A stretch of 64,000 nt of DNA, taken from NCBI GenBank assembly GCA_052326485.1, contig JBKQMS010000019.1, forward strand, positions 34 through 64,033, read 5' to 3'. This document shows positions 57,650 to 64,000 of this stretch, piece by piece. Position 1 is the first letter of the stretch, and each line of letters opens with the position of its first letter. This stretch comes from Thermoplasmata archaeon. Lineage in GTDB: Archaea; Thermoplasmatota; Thermoplasmata; Lutacidiplasmatales; UBA184. The notes beneath the pieces were generated by a model. That model saw nothing but the letters and a program-made list of their open reading frames with translations. It searched no databases and was not told the DNA's origin. The translations under genes and the position numbers were made by a program.

Positions 57650-57910
57650 ATGGCGGACGCCATGCCCCTCTACATGGACACGCACCGAAAGGTGAAGGGC
57701 GTTACCGCGGCAGCCGTAGCCGAAGCCCACGCAAAGGATCTGAAGGTGCAGGGCAAGCACGGCGTCAACTACAAGAGCTACTGGGTCGATGAAAAGACCG
57801 AGACGATCTTCTGTCTAGTTGAGGCGCCGTCTCCGGAAGCCGCGGCTCGGGTCCATAAGGAAGCTCATGGTCTCGTCGCTGACGAGATACACGAAGTCCA
57901 CCAAGGCTGA
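57650..57910 (+). CDS. DUF4242 / SCO4226-like metal-binding protein
   Basis: MPLYMDTH, AHAKDL, YWVDE, FCLVEAP, VHKEAHG. Confidence 0.85.
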   Translation: MADAMPLYMDTHRKVKGVTAAAVAEAHAKDLKVQGKHGVNYKSYWVDEKTETIFCLVEAPSPEAAARVHKEAHGLVADEIHEVHQG

Positions 57911-58014
57911 GCCGATTCTCTCGGCGGCCCCTCATCAGGGTCCGAAACGGCACCCCTTTCCAAATACACGGTTCGCGGAGGGGTTGGGCAATCCGCAACG
58001 AACGATAGGAGAGG

Positions 58015-58099
58015 TGCAGGGGGTGAGATTTGAACTCACGGACTCCTACGAGACTAGGACCTCAACCTAGCGCCTTTGACCAAGCTGGGCCACCCCTGC
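58015..58099 (-). tRNA. tRNA-Leu (anticodon GAG) with long variable arm
   Basis: GCAGGGG acceptor, CTAGG-TTGAGGT-CCTAG anticodon arm, GTGAG-TTCAAAT-CTCAC T arm. Confidence 0.95.
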
Positions 58100-58219
58100 A
58101 CGGGCCTTCCGCGCGTAGTGGGTTTTGGCGATAACCTTTACGAGCGCGACCCACCCCGGCGGGGCGGCCGGGCGGAGGCCGCAAAACGCCTTGTACGGGG
58201 AGAGGGTGGCAGCCGTTCC

Positions 58220-58576
58220 ATGACCGACCACGGAACGACCGGCGCGACCGTGTTTATCGGCCAGAAACCGACCATGACCTACGTCTTCCAGGTCGTGAGC
58301 CAGCTCAACTCGGGAGCTGGGCCGGTCGTCGTGAAGGCCCGGGGGAACGCGATCGGGAAGGCGGTCGACGTGGTCGAGGTGGTCCGCCGCCGTTTCCTCG
58401 AGGGTCAGGTGAGCCTCGGAACCATCGTGATCGACACCGAGCGCCTCGTGAACCGCGAGGGACGGGACGCCAACGTCTCGTCGATCGCAATCCCGCTCAG
58501 CCGGACGGGCCCGGCCCCGGGGGGCCCGGCGGCGCCGCCGTCCCCGCCGCCCCCATCGGAACCGTCCCACCACTAG
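58220..58576 (+). CDS. albA: DNA/RNA-binding protein Alba with Pro-rich tail
   Basis: VFIGQKPTMTYV, VKARGNAIGKAVDVVE, NVSSIAIPL. Confidence 0.93.
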   Translation: MTDHGTTGATVFIGQKPTMTYVFQVVSQLNSGAGPVVVKARGNAIGKAVDVVEVVRRRFLEGQVSLGTIVIDTERLVNREGRDANVSSIAIPLSRTGPAPGGPAAPPSPPPPSEPSHH

Positions 58577-60383
58577 GGCTTGAAGGTCCCCGTCGGACCA
58601 CCCAGGTATCGGCCCATAGGTCCCCGAGCCGCTGGCGCTCGGAGGTCGCGGCAATCAGCACGACGGCTCCCGCCCCGAGCAGGGCGACGCCTCCGAGGAC
58701 GAACGACAGCACCCCGACCAGCGCGAGGAGCCCGACCGGCAACGCCACCCCCCCCAGGGTGATCGTCGCCGAGGTCCCGGCCTTGAGGCCGAACGTGAGG
58801 GCGATCGCGACGCCGATGCCGACCACGGTGAGGAGGGGGAGCACGGTCGTGTTGCGAACCAGTGAGGAGAGTCCGCTCGGCGGCGCGAGCGAGCGCTCCC
58901 GGACCTCGAGGCCGAGAAGGCGCTTTCCCACGGTCGTGCCCCAGAACGTCTCGGCGAGGACGAAGTAGAGGAACGCCCAGGCGATGAACCCGAAGATGGC
59001 GGCATTGAACGGCACGTTCGCGAGCGCGTCCGAGAACCCGCCGGACATCGCAAGGAGCATCGCCGTCCAGAGGGCGACCGCCGGTACGGTCACGAGCGCC
59101 AGGTCGAGGAGGAACGCAGCGACCCGGGCCCCCACGGTCGCGAACCGACGAAGACCCATGTCCCGCGCGACCCCGACGAGCCAACGCGCGGTCCGCCACG
59201 ACCGGAACCCTTCCCGACCGTCGGCGGTCCCCGCCCGGGCGATGGCGTCGAGGTTCGTCTGGTCCGAGACGATCCAGCCCGGTACCGGGAGGTCCTGCCA
59301 GGGACGGTCCACCACGGTCGGACCCAGCCCGAGCAGCTGACGTGCCTGCTCCGCCGCGGCGTAGCTCGCGGCCGCGGAGTCGCGAAGCGAATCGGAGAGC
59401 CGTCCGTCAAGGCCGGCGCGGAACCCTCGTGCGAGCCGCGTGTTCGGCGAGAAGGGGGTCGGCGGAAGAGGTGTCCCGACGGGGGCCCAGTTCCGGCCGG
59501 CGGCCCGGTGCCCGAGGTACGCCGCGACGAAGGCCAGGATCCCAGAGATGTACACGAGGTCGAGGATCCCCGCCCCTCCGATCGTGTAGAGGCCGGGCGG
59601 CCCGGTCCCGTAGAGCGGCGGCTGCCGAAGGAGGTCCGCCCCGAGCAGCACCCCGAACGTGCTCGCGAGGAACGCGGTAGGGATCGCGAACCCCTCTTCG
59701 TTCGGGAAGACCCTATGGGCGAACCCTGCCGCGACGAGGCCCGCCGCTACGGGCGGGACCAGGAAGAACGGGAACGACTCGGTGATGCCGACTCCGGGGA
59801 TGGCGCTCGCCGCTACGAACGTGAGCACGAGGACCGCGGAGGTCAGCGAGACGAGGAACGCTACCCGTCGGCCGAGCCGGTCGTCGGAGGCGAGCGCGAA
59901 TCCCCCGACGAGGGCCGAGAAGGCCGCCGCCCCGACCAGGACCACGAGGTCGTTCCCGAGATAGGCCGATAAGCCCAGCGCGGAGGCGAAGGCGTTCGAA
60001 AGGCCCGCGGTCACGGGAAGGACGAGCAGGAAGAGCAGCCCGCCCTCCACCGCGAGCAGGGCGAGGACCCAGGTCAGCGACCGGGACCGGGGAGGCGCAA
60101 CGCGACCGAAGGCGAGCAACCCGACGAGGAGGGGGAAGAGCGCGCCGGCGAAGCTCACCGTGACCCAGTCAGTGGACACGGGAGCGATCGGAAGGAGCCC
60201 GAACGTCCCCAAGAACGCCCCAGGCAGGAGCAGCCAGAACGCCTTGCGGCCGAACCCGATGCTCTCTGCGAACGGTTCGCGCTCCCAGGCGACCAGGAAC
60301 AGGACCACCCAGAGGAGCGCGGGAAGGGCAAGGGAGACGGTGTCTGCGACGATGTCGTTCGTAAGCTGGAAGAGGTCAACCAC
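58497..60383 (-). CDS. Polytopic membrane protein, DUF1614-like N-terminus fused to an RDD domain
   Basis: GALFPL…GVLLGADLL…IGGAGILDLVY (DUF1614-like); RVAAFLLD…GTTVGKRLLGLEV…RQRLGDLWADTWVV (RDD). Confidence 0.8.
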   Translation of the reverse strand: MVDLFQLTNDIVADTVSLALPALLWVVLFLVAWEREPFAESIGFGRKAFWLLLPGAFLGTFGLLPIAPVSTDWVTVSFAGALFPLLVGLLAFGRVAPPRSRSLTWVLALLAVEGGLLFLLVLPVTAGLSNAFASALGLSAYLGNDLVVLVGAAAFSALVGGFALASDDRLGRRVAFLVSLTSAVLVLTFVAASAIPGVGITESFPFFLVPPVAAGLVAAGFAHRVFPNEEGFAIPTAFLASTFGVLLGADLLRQPPLYGTGPPGLYTIGGAGILDLVYISGILAFVAAYLGHRAAGRNWAPVGTPLPPTPFSPNTRLARGFRAGLDGRLSDSLRDSAAASYAAAEQARQLLGLGPTVVDRPWQDLPVPGWIVSDQTNLDAIARAGTADGREGFRSWRTARWLVGVARDMGLRRFATVGARVAAFLLDLALVTVPAVALWTAMLLAMSGGFSDALANVPFNAAIFGFIAWAFLYFVLAETFWGTTVGKRLLGLEVRERSLAPPSGLSSLVRNTTVLPLLTVVGIGVAIALTFGLKAGTSATITLGGVALPVGLLALVGVLSFVLGGVALLGAGAVVLIAATSERQRLGDLWADTWVVRRGPSSPSGGTVPMGAAGTAAPPGPPGPGPSG

Positions 60384-60469
60384 AACTCACTCGTTCTCCC
60401 GGAACAGAGGGTCCCCCGAGGGGCCCGGGGGGCCTAAACGTTTTGTCGGGTGTCCGGCATCGGAACCGC

Positions 60470-61870
60470 ATGACTCCATCCCGTCAAGAGAAGGACTCGC
60501 TGGGCCCGCGGGACGTTCCCGAATCGGCGTACTGGGGCATCCAGAGCCTCCGCGGCAAGGAGAACTTCCCGGTGAGCGGTCTCCACGCCTCAAAGCACCT
60601 CATCCGGTCGTACGCCTGGCTCAAGCTCGCGTGCTGCCGCGCGAACGTGGAGAAGGGGGGCCTCGACGCCGAGCGCGGGAAGTTCATCGCGCAGGCGGCC
60701 GAGGAGATGGCCGCCGGCAAGTTCGATGGCGAGTTCATCGTCGACGTCTTCCAGGCCGGGGCGGGGACCTCGACCAACATGAACGTGAACGAGGTCCTGG
60801 CGAACCGTGCGCTCGAGCTCGCGGGAAAGCCCCGCGGCAATTACGAGTACATGAGCCCGAACGACCACGTGAACCGAGGCCAGTCGACGAACGACACGTA
60901 CCCGGCCGCGGCCCAGGTCGCGGTGATGCTCGCGCTCAAGGACCTGAGGGTCTCGGTCACGACCCTCATCGAGAGCCTGCGTCGCAAGGGTCAGGAGTTC
61001 GGCCGGTTCCCGAAGTCGGGACGCACCCACCTCAAGGACGCACCTCCGATTTCGCTGGGGTCGGAGTTCCTCGCGTACGCGACCGTGCTCGAACGGGTCC
61101 TCGAGCTTCTCCCGAGCGTCGAGACCGCCCTCGGGGAGATTCCCCTGGGCGGAAGCGCGGTCGGTACGGGCCTCAACTCCGTCGTCGGCTTCCGTGCCCG
61201 CTCCGTCCAAGAGTACGCGCGGCTCACCGGCCTCCCGCTCCGGGTCGCCCGGGACCCGTTCGAGACGATGCAGAGCCGGTTCCCGCTCGGCGCCGCGTCG
61301 GGCTGGCTCCGGACGCTCGCGCTCGAGCTGATCCGCATCGCAAACGACCTCCGCCTGCTCTGCAGCGGGCCCGCGACGGGGTTCGACGAGATCCGTCTGC
61401 CCGAGATCCAGCCGGGCTCGTCCATCATGCCGGGAAAGGTCAACCCCTCGGCGGCCGAGGCCCTCGACCAGATCGCCTTCCACGTCGTCGGGGCGGACAC
61501 GGCCACGATGCTCGCGGTCCAGGGGGGTCAACTCGAGATCAACGTGATGATGCCGCTCGCCGCGTTCGAGGTGATCTTCTCGGCGGAGATCCTGACGAAC
61601 TACTTGCCCGTCTTCGCCCGGACGTGCGTGGACGGCATCACCGCAAACCCGGCGCGCCTCGAGCAGTACATGGTCCGGTCCGCGGCGATCGCGACCATTC
61701 TCACGCCCAAGCTCGGCTACATGAAGGTCGCCGAGGTGATCCACGAAGCCGAGCGGACGAGCCGACCGGTGAAGGAAATCTTGGTCGAGCGTAAGCTCAT
61801 GACAAAGGACGAGGTCGAGGCCATGCTCGGGGACGCCGCGCTCCTCAAGCTCACCCAACCCGTACCCTAG
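60470..61870 (+). CDS. Aspartate ammonia-lyase / class II fumarase family (closer to AspA)
   Basis: EKDSLG, FQAGAGTSTNMNVNEV, QSTND, GRTHLKDA, GSSIMPGKVNP, GQLEINVM. Confidence 0.92.
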   Translation: MTPSRQEKDSLGPRDVPESAYWGIQSLRGKENFPVSGLHASKHLIRSYAWLKLACCRANVEKGGLDAERGKFIAQAAEEMAAGKFDGEFIVDVFQAGAGTSTNMNVNEVLANRALELAGKPRGNYEYMSPNDHVNRGQSTNDTYPAAAQVAVMLALKDLRVSVTTLIESLRRKGQEFGRFPKSGRTHLKDAPPISLGSEFLAYATVLERVLELLPSVETALGEIPLGGSAVGTGLNSVVGFRARSVQEYARLTGLPLRVARDPFETMQSRFPLGAASGWLRTLALELIRIANDLRLLCSGPATGFDEIRLPEIQPGSSIMPGKVNPSAAEALDQIAFHVVGADTATMLAVQGGQLEINVMMPLAAFEVIFSAEILTNYLPVFARTCVDGITANPARLEQYMVRSAAIATILTPKLGYMKVAEVIHEAERTSRPVKEILVERKLMTKDEVEAMLGDAALLKLTQPVP

Positions 61871-61927
61871 GGCCTTCCGGGCGACCCACCGGGTTAAGTC
61901 CCTTCGCTCTGTCTGCGAGCCCACGCC

Positions 61928-62683
61928 ATGGCGACCATCGAGGAGACGGCCGTCTCCCTGGGCAACCAGAACTCGGAAGAGTTCCGAAAGGCCGTGGAAG
62001 TCCTCGGGAAGGTCGGCCTGACCCAGTACGAGGCCCGGGCCTACATCGCGCTGGTCGCCCGGGGGCTCGGGGACGCGGCCACCTTGGCCACCGCCGCCGG
62101 TATCCCGCGCACGAGCGCCTACAAGGTCCTGGAGTCGCTCGCGCAGAAGGGGTACGCGAAGCCAACCGGCGGCAAGCCGATCCTGTTCCGTCCCACGCCC
62201 CCGCTGGACGTCGCCGAGACCCTCAAGGGCGCGATCCAGGAGGTGTTCGAGAAGCTCGCGGCGCTCCACCGCGTCGTCGCCGAGCACGGAGAGCCACAGC
62301 TCGTCTACCTGCTCTCGGGCCGGGAGAAGGTCCTTCAGAAGATCGGGGAGCTCCTCGACCAGTCGACCGGGGCGTTCATCCTGACGACCCCTCAGCTGGC
62401 CGACCTGAGGGATGAGCTCGGGAAGAAGATCCAGCACGCGGTGAAGCGGGGGGTCCACGTGACGTTCATCACGACCCCGTTGCAACGCATCCCAGAAGGG
62501 GTGGAGTTCGTCTCCCGAGAGAACCTCCGCGCGACGGAGGCGCTTTCGGACGGGGCCCACGCCCTGCTCGCGGCCCCCGGCCTGGAAGCATGCGGCTTCA
62601 CCGACAACCCGATCCTGATCGCCCACCTGAAGCAGTTCCTCGAGATGGTCCTCGAGAAGGGGCCCGACGAACCGGCTCCGTGA
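61928..62683 (+). CDS. TrmB-family transcriptional regulator
   Basis: GLTQYEARAYIAL, GIPRTSAYKVLESLAQKG. Confidence 0.92.
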   Translation: MATIEETAVSLGNQNSEEFRKAVEVLGKVGLTQYEARAYIALVARGLGDAATLATAAGIPRTSAYKVLESLAQKGYAKPTGGKPILFRPTPPLDVAETLKGAIQEVFEKLAALHRVVAEHGEPQLVYLLSGREKVLQKIGELLDQSTGAFILTTPQLADLRDELGKKIQHAVKRGVHVTFITTPLQRIPEGVEFVSRENLRATEALSDGAHALLAAPGLEACGFTDNPILIAHLKQFLEMVLEKGPDEPAP

Positions 62684-63561
62684 CGAGACCCTCGCGCGCC
62701 GAGCGTCGGGTCCGCCCCCCTCCTCCCGCCGAGCGCGTCCGCCACCGTCTTGCCGCGGTCGCGGGGGAGCGTGCGGCCCGAACGATGCCGAGCGGCTACT
62801 ACCGGCTCGGTCGGGTCCTCGTCATCCAGCGACCCGAGAGCCTCGCCCCATACGACTCTCTGCTCGGCAACGCCTGGCGTGAGGAGCTCGGGGTCGAAAC
62901 GGTCCTCGTCAAGTACGGTCCCGTCGAAGGCGAGCTTCGGACGCCCCGGGTCCGCTGCGTGGCCGGAGAACGGACCGAGACCGAGGTCGTCGAGCACGGG
63001 GTGCGTTGGCGGTTCGACGCGGCCCGCATCATGTTCGCGGCCGGGAACCGGACCGAGCGGATCCGAGCCGGTCGTCTGGTCCGGCCGGGGGAGACCGTCG
63101 TCGACCTCTTCGCCGGGATCGGTTACTTCGCCATCCCCGCGGCGCTCCTCGGTCGGGCGGCGTGTGTCTGGGCGGTAGAGAAGAACCCGGTCTCGGTCCG
63201 GTACCTGCGGGAAAACGCGCTCCTCAACGGTGTCGAGGAGCGCCTCCTCGTCGTTCCGGGCGACAACCGGACCGTCCCCCTCCCCCAGGGCTCGTTCGAC
63301 CGCGCGTTCCTCGGGTACCTGCCGAGCGCGCTCCCGTGGGTCCCTCACGCGGTCGCGCTCCTTCGACCGACCGGCGGCTGGCTCCATGTCCACACGGTGG
63401 CGGACGTCCGGGCCCCACTTTCCGACGCCGTGGCCGCCGTGGAGCGCTCGGCCGAATCGGTCGGGGCCCGTCCCCTCGAGCCGAGCCGGGTGAGGGTCGT
63501 GAAGCCGTACGGCCCGGGCCGTAACCACCTAGTGGTGGATGTTCGGCTCGTCCCGCGCTAG
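62680..63561 (+). CDS. Trm5/Tyw2-family SAM-dependent tRNA modification enzyme (Taw2-like)
   Basis: GELRTP, MFAAGNRTER, DLFAGIGYF, EKNP, GWLHVH, VKPYGP…VVD. Confidence 0.88.
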   Translation: MTRPSRAERRVRPPPPAERVRHRLAAVAGERAARTMPSGYYRLGRVLVIQRPESLAPYDSLLGNAWREELGVETVLVKYGPVEGELRTPRVRCVAGERTETEVVEHGVRWRFDAARIMFAAGNRTERIRAGRLVRPGETVVDLFAGIGYFAIPAALLGRAACVWAVEKNPVSVRYLRENALLNGVEERLLVVPGDNRTVPLPQGSFDRAFLGYLPSALPWVPHAVALLRPTGGWLHVHTVADVRAPLSDAVAAVERSAESVGARPLEPSRVRVVKPYGPGRNHLVVDVRLVPR

Positions 63562-64000
63562 CCGGTCCGAGCGGCCGGGGCACGCGCCCCGAGCACCTTC
63601 ATGGTGACCGGGAACGCCGTGGCGAACCGTTCGATGTCCGTCGGTGGGTTCGAGAACGAGACGCGTACGAACCGCCCCCCGTGCTTCGGGGAAAGGTAGT
63701 TACCGGCCCGAACGAACATGCCATGGTGGCGGAGCATCTCGTCCTGCACGGCGTCGGGACTGACCCCGGTCGGCGCGATGTCGATGACCATCATGTTCGC
63801 CCGCGAGGGGTAGACGGGCAGGGTGGCTCCCGGGACCCCGGCCACCACGTCCCGGATGCGGGCCCCGTTCGCCCGGGTCTGGCGCACGACGGCGCCGATC
63901 CACTGCGGCTTGGTCCGGAGAGCGGCGAGCGCCGCCGCCTGGGAGAGGACGTTGACCCCGAGGTCGTTCGTGTTGAACCGGGTGATCGTCTTCAGGAGCT
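63558..64000 (-). CDS. PLP-dependent class I/II aminotransferase, C-terminal part (5'-truncated by the window edge)
   Basis: LGVNVLSQAAALAAL…YPSRANM…GMFVRAG…FVRVSF. Confidence 0.8.
   Translation of the reverse strand, partial: LLKTITRFNTNDLGVNVLSQAAALAALRTKPQWIGAVVRQTRANGARIRDVVAGVPGATLPVYPSRANMMVIDIAPTGVSPDAVQDEMLRHHGMFVRAGNYLSPKHGGRFVRVSFSNPPTDIERFATAFPVTMKVLGARAPAARTG

Noticed and set aside
58250-58275. Alba IGQKP instead of IGKKP (apparent acetyl-lysine mimic)
   Set aside because: This position varies naturally among euryarchaeal Alba proteins, so it is not evidence of anything special.
1-64000. CRISPR array, rRNA, transposase or intact integrase
   Set aside because: No regularly spaced repeats, rRNA-like segment or recognisable DDE/tyrosine-recombinase motifs were seen by eye.

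Overview
A very GC-rich archaeal chromosomal segment. The gene content (L37e-Lsm, rps15-DHH/RecJ, rpoL, TFS, Alba, TrmB, ArcS, Hef, KptA, plus bacterial-type gyrA and asnS) points to Thermoplasmatota; this is inference only. Most of the window is housekeeping: gyrA, trpS, asnS, carAB, purD, folP, dut, UbiD/UbiA quinone genes, a four-subunit 2-oxoacid:ferredoxin oxidoreductase, pyk, aspA/fumC, tRNA-Val(TAC) and tRNA-Leu(GAG). Three things stand out. (1) A ~7.8 kb island (29343-37147) is bounded by a perfect 23-bp duplication of the tRNA-Val 3' end and has no recognisable integrase. It carries a 2108-aa exported protein with a hydrophobic helical C-terminus and, 7 nt downstream, a small membrane protein, which together look like a toxin/immunity or self-recognition pair. 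(2) A polyphosphate/phosphate cluster (CHAD, ppx, two coupled thymidylate-kinase-like paralogs, SixA-like, PhoU-like) has no ppk1/ppk2, so the kinase pair is a candidate heteromeric polyphosphate kinase. (3) The archaeosine synthase ORF ends inside tRNA-Val, and its stop codon is tRNA U13-A14-G15, where G15 is the archaeosine site. Products come from motif recognition by eye with no database search, and many start codons were re-picked and are approximate.
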